DNA of 64,000 bases from Escherichia coli (GCF_009931435.1 NZ_CP043414.1), one strand, 5' to 3'. Counted from the stretch's first letter, positions 47,679 through 59,340 are shown. Program-made: numbers and translations. The notes: a model not told the origin generated them from the sequence alone.

Positions 47679-48074
47679 ATGACCAGCCGTTTTATGCTGA
47701 TTTTTGCCGCCATTAGCGGCTTCATTTTTGTGGCTCTGGGCGCTTTTGGCGCGCATGTGTTAAGTAAAACCATGGGTGCCGTTGAGATGGGCTGGATCCA
47801 GACCGGCCTCGAATACCAGGCGTTCCATACGCTGGCGATCTTAGGTCTGGCGGTGGCAATGCAGCGTCGCATCAGTATCTGGTTTTACTGGAGTAGCGTT
47901 TTCCTTGCGTTAGGCACGGTGCTGTTCAGCGGCAGCCTTTATTGCCTGGCGCTGTCCCATCTGCGTTTGTGGGCATTTGTCACACCGGTTGGCGGCGTGA
48001 GCTTCCTCGCGGGCTGGGCGTTAATGTTAGTTGGTGCTATCCGTTTAAAGCGCAAGGGCGTAAGTCATGAATAA
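47679..48074 (+). CDS. ygdD: DUF423 inner membrane protein
   Basis: 131 aa, four predicted TM segments. Confidence 0.8.
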
Positions 48075-49167
48075 GGTTGTATTGCTGTGCCGTCCGGGCT
48101 TTGAAAAAGAGTGCGCCGCAGAAATTACCGATAAAGCCGGCCAGCGGGAAATTTTCGGTTTTGCCCGCGTGAAAGAGAATGCGGGTTATGTCATTTATGA
48201 ATGTTATCAACCTGATGATGGCGATAAGTTAATCCGTGAGCTGCCGTTCAGTTCATTAATTTTTGCCCGCCAGTGGTTTGTGGTCGGGGAACTCCTGCAG
48301 CATTTGCCGCCAGAAGATCGTATTACCCCCATTGTCGGCATGTTACAGGGCGTAGTAGAGAAGGGCGGTGAACTGCGTGTTGAAGTTGCCGATACCAACG
48401 AAAGCAAAGAGTTGCTGAAATTCTGCCGTAAATTCACCGTGCCGCTACGCGCTGCCTTGCGCGATGCCGGGGTGCTGGCGAACTATGAAACGCCGAAGCG
48501 TCCGGTTGTGCATGTATTCTTTATTGCACCAGGTTGCTGCTATACCGGTTACTCATACAGCAACAATAATTCGCCGTTCTATATGGGCATTCCGCGCCTG
48601 AAATTTCCGGCAGATGCGCCGAGTCGTTCCACGCTCAAACTGGAAGAGGCATTTCATGTGTTTATTCCGGCGGATGAGTGGGATGAACGTCTGGCGAACG
48701 GGATGTGGGCGGTGGATTTAGGCGCTTGCCCAGGCGGCTGGACCTACCAACTGGTGAAGCGCAACATGTGGGTTTATTCCGTCGACAACGGCCCGATGGC
48801 GCAAAGTCTGATGGATACCGGACAGGTGACGTGGCTGCGGGAAGACGGTTTCAAATTCCGTCCGACACGCAGCAATATCTCCTGGATGGTATGCGATATG
48901 GTTGAAAAACCGGCGAAAGTTGCGGCATTGATGGCGCAGTGGCTGGTTAATGGCTGGTGCCGTGAAACAATCTTCAACCTCAAACTGCCGATGAAAAAAC
49001 GCTACGAAGAAGTGTCACATAATCTGGCGTATATTCAGGCACAGCTTGATGAACATGGCATAAATGCTCAGATTCAGGCGCGACAGTTGTATCACGATCG
49101 TGAAGAAGTGACGGTGCACGTCCGCCGTATCTGGGCTGCGGTGGGTGGTCGTCGCGACGAGCGATAA
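48067..49167 (+). CDS. rlmM: 23S rRNA 2'-O-ribose C2498 methyltransferase
   Basis: 366 aa; 8-bp overlap with ygdD. Confidence 0.9.
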
Positions 49168-49169
49168 CA

Positions 49170-49195
49170 GGCAAGGCCGGGGCGTCGTCTCCGGC
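49170..49195. terminator. Hairpin between convergent rlmM and fucR
   Basis: Inverted repeat aggccgg...ccggcct. Confidence 0.4.
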
Positions 49196-49210
49196 CTGCT
49201 ACCCTTTCCG

Positions 49211-49942
49211 TCAGGCTGTTACCAAAGAAGCCGCAACCTGGCGCTCATCAGAAATAATGTGCGTGACCTCATCCAGATGCCCGATGCGGGCTTCCCCTGA
49301 ACGATTAAATTTACTTTTATCAATCAATAACAACGATTGCGCGGCACGTTTTAATAGCATCGATTTGTAATCAGCGTTGATGGCATTGGAGTCCCACAGT
49401 GCACCGCTGCTATCGATCCCTTCACAAGAAAAAATAAACAGATCGATTTCCAGCGATTTAAGTTGGGAAATCAGCGAGGGATTGACGTAACAGCCATATT
49501 TGCGCTCAAGTGTGCCGCCGGAACTGATCAGTTGAATGCGTTCACGTTTACCGAGTTCATGGCAAATCGGATGGCTATTGGTGAAGACCTGAATGTCGAT
49601 GTCAGGCAACTGGCGTGCCAGATACCAGCAAGTTGAACTGGCGTCTAAGGCTATCACCATCCCTTCTTCAATCCACGCGAGCGCTTCGCGCGCGATATCT
49701 GCTTTATGCGCATAATGGCTTTTCAGCCGGATGTGAAAGGGATCGCCACTGTCTTGATTTTGACGGTGGATATATTTAGCGCGCCCATGATTGCGCAGAA
49801 TTTTACCCTGCGTCTGTAATTCATTGAGATCGCGACGAATGGTTTCTTTACTGACCTTTAGCTGTTCAGAGAGAGCTTCCGTGGTCAGGCTGGTATGGTT
49901 CAGCAGCAGGTCGACTATCGCTTGCTGGCGTGCCGCTTTCAT
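49211..49942 (-). CDS. fucR: L-fucose operon activator, DeoR family
   Basis: 243 aa from the ATG at 49942; N-terminal HTH, DeoR C-terminal domain. Confidence 0.9.
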   Translation of the reverse strand: MKAARQQAIVDLLLNHTSLTTEALSEQLKVSKETIRRDLNELQTQGKILRNHGRAKYIHRQNQDSGDPFHIRLKSHYAHKADIAREALAWIEEGMVIALDASSTCWYLARQLPDIDIQVFTNSHPICHELGKRERIQLISSGGTLERKYGCYVNPSLISQLKSLEIDLFIFSCEGIDSSGALWDSNAINADYKSMLLKRAAQSLLLIDKSKFNRSGEARIGHLDEVTHIISDERQVAASLVTA

Positions 49943-49999
49943 ATTTTTCACCCCATCATTCGATAACCGCCCGCGTCATGCGGGCGTACCGGTATGAGA

Positions 50000-50422
50000 T
50001 TACGGTGTTACCCCTTTTTTTAAAAGAATATTCCCGTACTTCGCTCGTTCGCCTGTGATAACGATCGCAAAGGCTTTTTGCGCCCGCTCATAAAACGCAA
50101 AACGATTGATGCGGATGATGTCAGGACAGGGGGCTTGTAGTGAAAGCGCATTACGATAACGTCGTTCTACTTCAGGATCGAGAGTGTCACCTTCTACCGC
50201 CGCCATCATCACCAGCGGCGGTGCATAACTGTCCAGTTCAAATAACGGGATAATCGCCTGGAGTAAGTCGCTCACCAACAGGCCATCAGCACGGATCACC
50301 TGCGGTCCCATCGAATGGGCGGGAAAGTGAGCATCGGAAAAAATAATTTCATCTCCATGTCCCATCTCTGCCAGCACTTTCAATAGTTCGGGAGAAATTA
50401 ACGGCGAAATTGTTTTCAGCAT
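50000..50422 (-). CDS. fucU: L-fucose mutarotase
   Basis: 140 aa RbsD/FucU family. Confidence 0.9.
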
Positions 50423-50423
50423 T

Positions 50424-51842
50424 TCACACTTCCTCTATAAATTCAGGTTCAGTTTGTGGGTAGAAATAACGGTACTGATAATGAATCTGCGCGCGAGCTT
50501 CTTCCGGGCTGTTAAATTCCCCTACGCCATACCAACCGAACAGCGCAGCTCCTGCGACGGTCGTTTCGGCGTCGTCGAGAACTTTTACCGGAATATCAAG
50601 CATATTGGCTTTAATCTGATTCCACAATGTGTTGCGACTTCCTCCACCTACTAACAATAATTCAGAGGCTTTAAAGTGCCCGATTTTTTCCAGCATCTGT
50701 AGATTGCGCTGTAATTGCGCGGTTAACCCTTCCAGCGCCGCGCGATAGAAATGTCCGCGCGTGGTATTGAGCGTCACTCCTTGCCAGCCAGCGTTCTGAC
50801 ACGACAATAAATCACACTGCATTTTCACGCCATCCGCGCCAGGCGCGATCAGACGAGCCTCTTCAATCAACATTTGCCAGGGCGTTTCAGTAGTCCAGAA
50901 CAGTTTTCTCACCCATTCCAGCACGCCGGATGCCAGCCATTGCATACCGGGGTTATACAATCCTGCCTGGCTATCCAGTTCGCAGGTGGAACCGGCGTAC
51001 TGACTTAGCAGTGAAGTATCAACCTGCGTACTGCGGACCATTAAAATTTCCCAGGTACCGGAAGAGAGCACGGGTTCATTTTGTTCGGCACCAGCACCAA
51101 AAAGGGCGAACTGGGTATCATGACCTGCAGAAATTACCGGTATGCCAACGGGTAAGCCGAGCATTGCTGCGGCGCTGTTCTGTAGCGTACCAATCTGTTC
51201 ACCCGCTTCCACCAGACGAGGGAAGAGTCGGCGTGGAATACCGGTGGCTTGTAAAATTTGCGGACTGAAATCGCGTTGCTGGATATCCAGCATCTGGCTG
51301 GTTCCGGCCATCGTGATATCAGTAGTGAATTCGCCGGTTAAACGGTGGTTAATCAGCGACGAAATAAAGAGCCAGGCGTGCGCGCGTTCCAGCAGTTGTG
51401 GATGATTTTCTTTCAACCACACCAATTTATATAACGTATTGAAACTAAAGGCTCCGACGCCAGAAATAGCCTGCAACTGCTGTGCGGAGATCAACCGTTC
51501 AATATTGTCCATTACCGCTGCTGTTCGCGGACATTTCCAGCTAATGATCGGATAGAGCAAATCGCCTTGCTTATCTACCAGAGCGCCATCCACACCAAAG
51601 GTGGTGACGGCGATACCGCGGATGTGGCATTCAGTCAGTTCACTATTGATTTGCCGACAGCAATCAGCAAAGCGTTGCAAAATGGCGTCTAAAGACCACT
51701 GGTGCCAGGTGTTGTTTTCCATCGCGATATCGCTGGCATTAGGCGTTGAGGCGCGGGCAACAATTTTTCCCTGCCGATTAACCGCGATGGCCCTGACATT
51801 GGTTGCGCCACAGTCGAGTACCAGGATAACTTCTTGTTTCAT
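50424..51842 (-). CDS. fucK: L-fuculokinase (FGGY family)
   Basis: 472 aa from the ATG at 51842 (strong RBS aggag 7 nt upstream); the ORF-track start at 51872 has no RBS and sits in a hairpin. Confidence 0.9.
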
Positions 51843-51858
51843 AATCGCTCCTGCAATA

Positions 51859-51886
51859 TAGCCGGATAACATTGTTTATCCGGCTA
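51859..51886. other. Perfect 11-bp inverted repeat in the fucI-fucK intergenic region
   Basis: tagccggataa-cattgt-ttatccggcta. Confidence 0.4.
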
Positions 51887-51950
51887 ACCACTCTTGCTTG
51901 TTCAGGCCCGGTAGCCGGAGCGACCGGGCATCACATCAGGGAGTAATGTA

Positions 51951-53726
51951 TTAACGCTTGTACAACGGACCGTAGTTCTGGCAAGCGCGGTAATCCAGGC
52001 CTTCAATATCCATGCCGTGCGCAGCCCAGGCAGAAGGACGATACACTTTGGTCTCTTCAACGTTGTGCATACATACCGGGATACGCAGCATGGAGGCGAG
52101 AGTGATAAAGTCTGCGCCAACGTGGCCGATGGTCAGAACCCCATGGTTAGCGCCCCAGTTCGCCATTACCGAGTACACATCCGTAAACGGCCCTTTACCG
52201 GTGAGGCGCGGTGCAAACCAGGTGGTTGGCCAGGTTGAGTTGGTGCGTTTGTTGAGGATGTCATGCACATCCTTCGGTAACTCAACGCTCCAGCCTTCCG
52301 CGATTTGCAGTACCGGTCCCAGGCCTTTGATGATGTTGACACGGGTCATGGTGAACGGGACACCGCCTTCAGTAAGGAAGCGGGAAGAGTAACCACCGCC
52401 ACGGAAATATTCGTGGATAGCCGGGCACCATTCGGTCGCGGCGAGGCAAGCGTCAGCCTCTTGCTGAGAGATTTCCCAGTGCGGCTTCATCGTCGGTTTA
52501 CCTTCGCTGTCGCGTTGTTTACAGGATCCGTCCAGCGCAGCAGAACCGGAGTTGATCAAGTGGATGATGCCGTGTTCTGCCAGTCCGTCCAGTTTATGCC
52601 CCGTTACTCGCTCAATTGCTTCTGGTGACCAGTAGGTACGCACATCGGCAAATACCTGAGCGGTACCGGTGAGCTGGTGGCCCATTAGCATTGCCACGCC
52701 GTTAAGACTGTCGTTTTCGGTCGCCACGACGAAGGGTTCACGCACGCCATTCCAGTCAAATGAACTGTTAAGGATCGCTTCGGCGGTGTCGCCATTGGGA
52801 TATTGATCGGTCCAGTGACGTTGTCCCTGGAAGCCCGCAGCGATGGCGTTGTAGCCAAGTGATTCTTCCACGCGACCAATATCGGCCAGTTTGCTGTTGC
52901 CTTGCATCATGTCGCGGATACACATCGCCATCAGTAAACTTTCGCGTAGAACTGCGCGGCTTTGCTCGGCATTGCGTTGATACTGTTTGTTATTTTCATC
53001 TTCGCCATAGCGGAAGTTTTTATCAGCCCAGGCCAGCGCCATTTCCAGTTCTGCTTCGTCGTAAATCTTCTGATCAATACGGCGACGCAGTTCGGTCATA
53101 TCCACCGCCTGGACTTTCATTCCCAGCCAGGATTCAAAGAAGTTGTGGTCAACGATGGAACCGGCGATCCCCATCGAAACGCCGCCCAGCGACAGATAGC
53201 TTTTACCTTTCATACTGGCGACTGCCAAACCGGCGCGGGCAAAGCGCAGCAGTTTTTCTTCAACGTCGGCAGGAATCGATGTGTCATCGGCATCCTGAAC
53301 GTCATGACCGTAAATGGAGAATGCCGGGATGCCTTTCTGGCTGTGAGCTGCCAGAGCCGCTGCCAGGTAAACAGCGCCGGGACGTTCAGTGCCGTTAAAG
53401 CCCCAAATGGCTTTCGGGCGGGTAGGGTCCATGTCAATGGTTTCACTGCCATAGCACCAGCAAGGCGTTACCGTAATGGTGAGGCCTACATTCTGGCTGC
53501 TGAATTTTTCTTCGCAAGCAGCAGCTTCAGCCATACCCGCGATACAGGTATCGGAAATGACACACTCGACGGCAGCTCCGCAGGCATGGCGCAGTTTCTC
53601 GGTCAGCAGTGCGGCCGTAGCTTTCGCCATATTCATTGTTTGTTCTTCAAGCGACTCACGAACACCCATGCGACGACCGTCAATAACCGGGCGGATACCA
53701 ATTTTCGGTAACGTATTAATTTTCAT
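51951..53726 (-). CDS. fucI: L-fucose isomerase
   Basis: 591 aa; recognised sequence. Confidence 0.95.
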   Translation of the reverse strand: MKINTLPKIGIRPVIDGRRMGVRESLEEQTMNMAKATAALLTEKLRHACGAAVECVISDTCIAGMAEAAACEEKFSSQNVGLTITVTPCWCYGSETIDMDPTRPKAIWGFNGTERPGAVYLAAALAAHSQKGIPAFSIYGHDVQDADDTSIPADVEEKLLRFARAGLAVASMKGKSYLSLGGVSMGIAGSIVDHNFFESWLGMKVQAVDMTELRRRIDQKIYDEAELEMALAWADKNFRYGEDENNKQYQRNAEQSRAVLRESLLMAMCIRDMMQGNSKLADIGRVEESLGYNAIAAGFQGQRHWTDQYPNGDTAEAILNSSFDWNGVREPFVVATENDSLNGVAMLMGHQLTGTAQVFADVRTYWSPEAIERVTGHKLDGLAEHGIIHLINSGSAALDGSCKQRDSEGKPTMKPHWEISQQEADACLAATEWCPAIHEYFRGGGYSSRFLTEGGVPFTMTRVNIIKGLGPVLQIAEGWSVELPKDVHDILNKRTNSTWPTTWFAPRLTGKGPFTDVYSVMANWGANHGVLTIGHVGADFITLASMLRIPVCMHNVEETKVYRPSAWAAHGMDIEGLDYRACQNYGPLYKR

Positions 53727-53808
53727 CAGGATTCCTCATCTCGCTTTATTGGCGCTCTGCTAAGGCGGAGAAAGGAAACCACCGAAGCAGTAGTATTGGT
53801 CATTATTT

Positions 53809-53824
53809 GCTAACTCGAGTTAGC
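53809..53824. promoter_or_regulatory. 16-bp perfect palindrome GCTAACTCGAGTTAGC, putative operator (copy 1, 83 bp upstream of fucI)
   Basis: Exact self-complementary 16-mer; an identical copy lies 239 bp away. Confidence 0.45.
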
Positions 53825-54047
53825 TTAGGTTTGTAGGCTTTTTATGCACAACTTTTTTGTTGTTGAAATGTGAGGGGCTTCACGAGAAGTGGTTAAAATA
53901 CGATCTCTGTCAAATTATTATTTAGCGGGATAAAAATAAATTTTACGTATAATCAAATGGTTATTAGATTTTAATGGTTATGCATCACAGTTTTAACTCA
54001 AATGATTTGGCTAATTTGTATACCTAAAATAGCTTTAAAAGGCGATC

Positions 54048-54063
54048 GCTAACTCGAGTTAGC
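54048..54063. promoter_or_regulatory. 16-bp perfect palindrome GCTAACTCGAGTTAGC, putative operator (copy 2, 133 bp upstream of the ABC ATPase gene)
   Basis: Identical to copy 1; immediately preceded by the palindrome gcgatcgc. Confidence 0.45.
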
Positions 54064-54195
54064 AAAATGCGAAGAATAGATTGATACGATGAATATTTAT
54101 TCAAAGGTTATTCGTATCACAGTGGAGATGGCTTTAGTAGCGACGTTTATGCCGTACTTCACATTTTCAGTTTCTGATTATTGAGGAAAGCTGCA

Positions 54196-55695
54196 ATGTC
54201 CGAAACATTTTTGCAAATGAAGCATATCACCAAACGCTTTCCTGGAGTGTTGGCGCTTAATGACGTGCAATTTACCCTACGCCGGGGCGAGGTTCATGCA
54301 TTATTAGGTGAAAATGGTGCAGGAAAATCTACATTAATGAAAATTTTGTCGGGGGTTTATCAACCTGATGAAGGCGAAATAATTTTTGAAGATAAATTAG
54401 TCTCATTTTCTGATCCGTTAAGTGCGCAAAACGTAGGTATTACTATTATTCACCAGGAATTTAATTTATTTCCCGAGCTTACAGTAGAAGAAAATATTTT
54501 TATCGGCAGGGAGTTTTGTAAAAAAAATCGCTGGCGTCTGGATGAGAAACAGCAACGCAAGGCGACGATTGAAATTTTGCAAAAATTAAATTTGGCGATC
54601 AAACCAGATACTCTGGTTGCCGACCTTACGGTAGCTCAACAACAGATGGTAGAAATTGCCAAGGCCATTTCGGTTAACGCCAGGATTCTCATTATGGATG
54701 AACCTACTGCGGCGTTAACAGAAACTGAAATTGAAAGCTTATTTCGCGTCACCCGGTTATTGAAAGAACAGGGGACCGGCATTGTGTATATATCCCACCG
54801 TCTGGAAGAGTTGGCGCTAATTGCCGACCGCGCGACTGTAATGCGTGATGGTCAGTACATCAGCACAGTAGATTATGAGTGCGTAAAAATCAGCGATCTG
54901 ATTGCCATGATGGTTGGTCGCGATTTAGGGAATATCTATCCCCGCCGCGAGGCCATACAGCAGCGGATGCCGGTTCTGGAGGTCAACGGACTGACGCGCA
55001 AAGGCGTACTGAACGATATTAATTTTACGCTTTATCGTGGCGAGATCCTCGGCTTTGCCGGACTGATGGGGGCAGGTCGTACTGAACTTGCGCGTGCGAT
55101 TTTTGGTGCGGACTCCATTGACAGCGGAACGCTAAAGTTAAATGGTAAGGAAACCGTTATTAAAGATATTTCGGATGCTATTCAGCAGGGAATTAGTTAC
55201 CTGACGGAAGACCGAAAAAAAGAAGGGTTGGCACTGAATTTATCTGTTGAACGAAATATTATGTTAGGAAATTACCCTGAGTATTCCGATCGTTTTGGGA
55301 ATGTCGATTCGCGTCGTTGCCAACAAACCAGTGAGGAACAGGTAAAAGCGTTAAGGATTAAAACGCCAAATCTTGAACAGGCTGCATTAAATCTAAGTGG
55401 AGGAAATCAGCAGAAAATTATAATTGCACGTTGGGTGTGTAAAGATACTGATATTTTAATCTTCGATGAACCCACTCGCGGCATTGATGTTGGCGCCAAA
55501 CTGGAAATCTATGAGTTAATGAATCGCCTGGTGGCAAAAGGGAAATCAATCATCATGATCTCCTCTGAATTGCCGGAGGTGTTAGGAATGTGCGACCGTA
55601 TTTTAGTGATGCGCAGTGGTCGAATTACTGGCGAACTTAGCGCAAATGAAGCGACACAAGAAAAAATCATGCAATACGCGACGTTAGAGGATTAA
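54196..55695 (+). CDS. Sugar ABC transporter ATP-binding protein with two NBDs (RbsA/MglA/XylG-like)
   Basis: 499 aa from the ATG at 54196 (RBS gaggaaag); Walker A GENGAGKST and a second NBD. Confidence 0.85.
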   Translation: MSETFLQMKHITKRFPGVLALNDVQFTLRRGEVHALLGENGAGKSTLMKILSGVYQPDEGEIIFEDKLVSFSDPLSAQNVGITIIHQEFNLFPELTVEENIFIGREFCKKNRWRLDEKQQRKATIEILQKLNLAIKPDTLVADLTVAQQQMVEIAKAISVNARILIMDEPTAALTETEIESLFRVTRLLKEQGTGIVYISHRLEELALIADRATVMRDGQYISTVDYECVKISDLIAMMVGRDLGNIYPRREAIQQRMPVLEVNGLTRKGVLNDINFTLYRGEILGFAGLMGAGRTELARAIFGADSIDSGTLKLNGKETVIKDISDAIQQGISYLTEDRKKEGLALNLSVERNIMLGNYPEYSDRFGNVDSRRCQQTSEEQVKALRIKTPNLEQAALNLSGGNQQKIIIARWVCKDTDILIFDEPTRGIDVGAKLEIYELMNRLVAKGKSIIMISSELPEVLGMCDRILVMRSGRITGELSANEATQEKIMQYATLED

Positions 55696-55698
55696 ATT

Positions 55699-56682
55699 AT
55701 GACTATCTCTGTAACCTCTCCAGACAGCAATAATAAGAAAATAAAGATAAATAAAGAACTTTTGATGCGCCTTGCGCCTCTTTTTAGCTTAATTATATTA
55801 GTGCTGTTTTTTAGTTTCAGCTCTCCCTTTTTCTTTAATACCGAAAATATCATGACGATTGCTCTGCAAACGTCGGTTATCGGCATTATGGCCATTGGGG
55901 TAACTTTCGTCATTATTACCGCGGGCATCGATCTTTCATTGGGTTCCGTGGTGGCTTTTTCTGGTGTCGCCGTGGGGATTTGCGCCACACTGGGCCTGCC
56001 GCTGCCAGTGTGTATTATTGCCGGTGTTTTAGCCGGTGGAATGTGCGGCTATGTGAATGGTTTGTTGGTCACTAAAATGACTATTCCACCGTTTATCGCT
56101 ACCTTGGGCCTGATGATGTCCGTCAGAGGTATCAATATGGTGATGACCGACGGGCGCGCCATCTATTTTGCCGATTACCCGATGTTCAAAACGCTCGCTC
56201 AGGGACGCTTGTTTGATGTGCTGCCTTATCCTGTTTTCTACCTGGTCATTGTGGCGCTTGTCGGCGCTTACATCCTGAAGAAAACGGTTATTGGTCGCTA
56301 TGTCTATGCCGTAGGCAGTAATGAAGTTGCTGCTCATCTTTCTGGTATTAAAGTTCAGCGCGTGAAAATTTTCGTCTATGCCTTCTGTGGTTTATTAACC
56401 GGGATTGCGGGTGTCATTCTCGCTTCTCGTCTCAACTCCGGACAACCGACGGTGGGTGTGGGTTATGAGCTGGAAGCTATTGCTGCGGTAGTGATCGGCG
56501 GAACCAGCTTAATGGGCGGTATTGGCACTATTGGCGGCACAATCATTGGCGCTTTCATTATGAGTGTACTGAAAAATGGCCTCAATTTAATGGGGGTCTC
56601 TCAGTTCTGGCAAATGGTCGCGATGGGCGTAGTTGTGGTCGCTGCCGTTTACCTCGATACATTACGCAAAAAGATTCGTTGA
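55699..56682 (+). CDS. Sugar ABC transporter permease (RbsC-like)
   Basis: 327 aa, multi-TM; starts 3 bp after the ATPase stop. Confidence 0.85.
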   Translation: MTISVTSPDSNNKKIKINKELLMRLAPLFSLIILVLFFSFSSPFFFNTENIMTIALQTSVIGIMAIGVTFVIITAGIDLSLGSVVAFSGVAVGICATLGLPLPVCIIAGVLAGGMCGYVNGLLVTKMTIPPFIATLGLMMSVRGINMVMTDGRAIYFADYPMFKTLAQGRLFDVLPYPVFYLVIVALVGAYILKKTVIGRYVYAVGSNEVAAHLSGIKVQRVKIFVYAFCGLLTGIAGVILASRLNSGQPTVGVGYELEAIAAVVIGGTSLMGGIGTIGGTIIGAFIMSVLKNGLNLMGVSQFWQMVAMGVVVVAAVYLDTLRKKIR

Positions 56683-56755
56683 CTTAGGCTCCCTGTTTTA
56701 TCGGGAAACAACTGCCCTGACGTTAAGGGTGATTCACTCAGAACGGAGTACAACA

Positions 56756-57706
56756 ATGAAAACCAGGCATTTTATCTATGCGTTATCTCTGCTGGCTTGC
56801 GTAAGTTCCAGCGCACTGGCGAAGGATTTAAATCTTCCGGTTGTTAGTAAAGGTTTCCAACATGAATTCTGGCAAACCGTAAAAATGGGGACTGAAGCTG
56901 CGGCTAAAGAGTTGGGGGATAAAACCAGCTATGTTGGCCCGGCTGATGAAACGCAAATAGCCGAGCAAATTCAGTTAGTCGAAAATGCGATGGCGCAGAA
57001 ACCGAATGGCTTGCTTCTGGCAGCCCTCGACGCGAATGCGCTCGCCCCACTGGTAGAAACGGCAAATTCACGCGGTATCAAAGTGGTGACCTTTGATTCA
57101 GGCATCAATTCAGACATTCCGGTGAGTTTTGTCGCCACCAATAACCGTAAAGCAGGTGCTCAGGCAGCTGATGCCTTAGCTGCGCAGGTAAATAATAAAG
57201 GGAAAGTTGGGATTATCGCGCACGTTGCAGGAACATCTTCCGCTATTGAACGCTCGGAAGGCTTCATGGAGCGTATGAAAGAAAAATATCCTGACATTAA
57301 AGTCTTACCCGTTCAGTACAGCGATGGTGACCCGCAAAAAGCGATGGATAAAACTATCGATATGATTCAGGCCAATCCCGATCTTGCTGGGATCTATGGC
57401 ACCAATGAAGGTTCAACGCTCGGGGTGGCGAATGCCATTGATAGCCAGAATCTGAAAGGTAAGGTGAAGGTCATTGGTTTTGATAGTACGGAAGCGATTA
57501 TTAACTTCCTGAAGAACGGGGTCATTCAGGGCTTTGTTGTTCAGGATGCATACCAGATTGGCTATCAAGGGATCAAAACGTTGAACGCGGCCCTTTCGGG
57601 GCAAGCCGTTGAAAAAGAGATCGATATTCCCGTGAAATTTGTTAATGCCGAGAATATTAACACGCCAGAAATCGACAAACTCCTGCACCCATTCGGTAAG
57701 AAATAA
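56756..57706 (+). CDS. Periplasmic sugar-binding protein (RbsB-like)
   Basis: 316 aa from the ATG at 56756; signal peptide MKTRHFIYALSLLACVSSSALA; type-I periplasmic binding fold. Confidence 0.85.
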   Translation: MKTRHFIYALSLLACVSSSALAKDLNLPVVSKGFQHEFWQTVKMGTEAAAKELGDKTSYVGPADETQIAEQIQLVENAMAQKPNGLLLAALDANALAPLVETANSRGIKVVTFDSGINSDIPVSFVATNNRKAGAQAADALAAQVNNKGKVGIIAHVAGTSSAIERSEGFMERMKEKYPDIKVLPVQYSDGDPQKAMDKTIDMIQANPDLAGIYGTNEGSTLGVANAIDSQNLKGKVKVIGFDSTEAIINFLKNGVIQGFVVQDAYQIGYQGIKTLNAALSGQAVEKEIDIPVKFVNAENINTPEIDKLLHPFGKK

Positions 57707-57759
57707 AAAAATTGGGGATGAATTCTCATCCCCGTTATCTCCAGCGTCAGGGAGGCTTT

Positions 57760-59340
57760 ATGCACAACGGTTATTTTCTCGGTGTCGATGTCGGATCGGC
57801 CAGTGTCAGGGCAGGCGTTTACAGTGCCAGTGGCCACAGGCTGGCATTCGCTACTGCGCCCGTCTCCCAGTTTCGCCCTGGCGGCGAGCGTGTCGAACAG
57901 TCTTCGGCAGAGATCTGGCAACAAGTTTGTAAAACGGTGAAAGAGGCGACAGCTTTGGCAGGCATCCCCATTTCCGCAATTCGCTCACTGGGTTTTGACG
58001 CTACCTGCTCGCTGGTTGTTCTTGATGAACAAGGCCAGGGTTTAGCGGTTTCGTCCGGTGGATCTGCGAATCACGACATTATTATGTGGATGGATCATCG
58101 TGCAACTGTCGAGACGGCGCAGATTAACGCAACGAAGGATCCCGTATTGCGCTACGTTGGCGGCGAAGTGAGCGTCGAGATGGAGTTACCAAAGTTACGT
58201 TGGTTGAAGACGCATCTACCGCAAACCTGGCAGGCCGCTCATCGCTTTTTCGATCTGGCGGATTTTCTGGTCTGGAAAGCAACAGGGCGAGACGTCGCGG
58301 GATTGTGCACGCTAACGTGTAAATGGAATTATCTGGCTCATGAACAACGCTTTAGCCATAGCTTACTGGAATCGGTAGACCTGACCGACATGCTCGAAAG
58401 AATTCCCGCCGAAATTCTTCCGCCTGGTGCTGCCGTGGGAACTTTAACTGCCACAGCTGCTGAAGAATTAGGATTAACGACCAATGTTATCGTGGCCAGT
58501 GGTTTGATTGATGCCCATGCCGGTGGCATGGCGCTGGCTGGCGCGCAGCCATCAGGAACGCTGGCATTGATAAGCGGAACGTCGAATTGCCACATGTTGT
58601 GCAGTGAAAAAGAAATATTCACCCCTGGCGTCTGGGGGCCATACTGGTCGGCCATGTTGCCAAATTACTGGCTAACTGAAGGCGGGCAAAGCGCCGCAGG
58701 GGCGCTGGTGGAGTGGACGCTTCAGGAGTCCGGGGCAAGCGCAAATCTTTTTAACAAGGCGCAGCAACGCGGGTGTCATCCGATTCAACTGATTAATGAA
58801 TGGGTAGCCGCCCTGGAAGCTAACGAGTCAGAACCCACACGAAATTTACATGTGCTTGCCGATCATCACGGCAACCGTTCGCCACGAGCGCGGCCCGATG
58901 CCAGAGGCAGTGTTTATGGCTTAACACTGGAGCGTGGTGAAAATCAGCTCGCGCGGCTTTATCTTGCGACTTTACAGGCAATAGCCTTTGGCACCAGACA
59001 TATTATTGAAACTCTGCGGGAAAATGGGCATACCATTACCCGATTAACATTATGTGGTGGTGCAACGCACAACCCTTTATGGCTACGCGAATATGCAGAC
59101 GTGACAGGTTGCGATATCCACCTGATGCAAGAAGAAGATGCCGTTACGTTGGGCGCAGCAATTAGCGGCGCTGTTGCCAGCGGAGCATGGGGGGATTTTA
59201 CATCTGCGTGTAAAGCAATGGTTGAAGCCGGAGAGGTTATTCAGGTAAATCCACAACGCCGTGAATTTTTAGAGCGTAAATACCGGGTTTACCTGACGCT
59301 TTGGGAGCAACAACAGGCGGTTAACCAACTGATGCAATAA
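57760..59340 (+). CDS. FGGY-family pentulose/carbohydrate kinase (D-ribulokinase-like)
   Basis: 526 aa from the ATG at 57760 (RBS ggagg); N-terminal GVDVGSASVR motif. Confidence 0.8.
   Translation: MHNGYFLGVDVGSASVRAGVYSASGHRLAFATAPVSQFRPGGERVEQSSAEIWQQVCKTVKEATALAGIPISAIRSLGFDATCSLVVLDEQGQGLAVSSGGSANHDIIMWMDHRATVETAQINATKDPVLRYVGGEVSVEMELPKLRWLKTHLPQTWQAAHRFFDLADFLVWKATGRDVAGLCTLTCKWNYLAHEQRFSHSLLESVDLTDMLERIPAEILPPGAAVGTLTATAAEELGLTTNVIVASGLIDAHAGGMALAGAQPSGTLALISGTSNCHMLCSEKEIFTPGVWGPYWSAMLPNYWLTEGGQSAAGALVEWTLQESGASANLFNKAQQRGCHPIQLINEWVAALEANESEPTRNLHVLADHHGNRSPRARPDARGSVYGLTLERGENQLARLYLATLQAIAFGTRHIIETLRENGHTITRLTLCGGATHNPLWLREYADVTGCDIHLMQEEDAVTLGAAISGAVASGAWGDFTSACKAMVEAGEVIQVNPQRREFLERKYRVYLTLWEQQQAVNQLMQ

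Noticed and set aside
52012-53711. ORFs antisense to fucI (e.g. 52962-53711, 249 aa; 52859-53398, 179 aa)
   Set aside because: They lie entirely within the well-supported fucI gene on the opposite strand; typical antisense shadow ORFs
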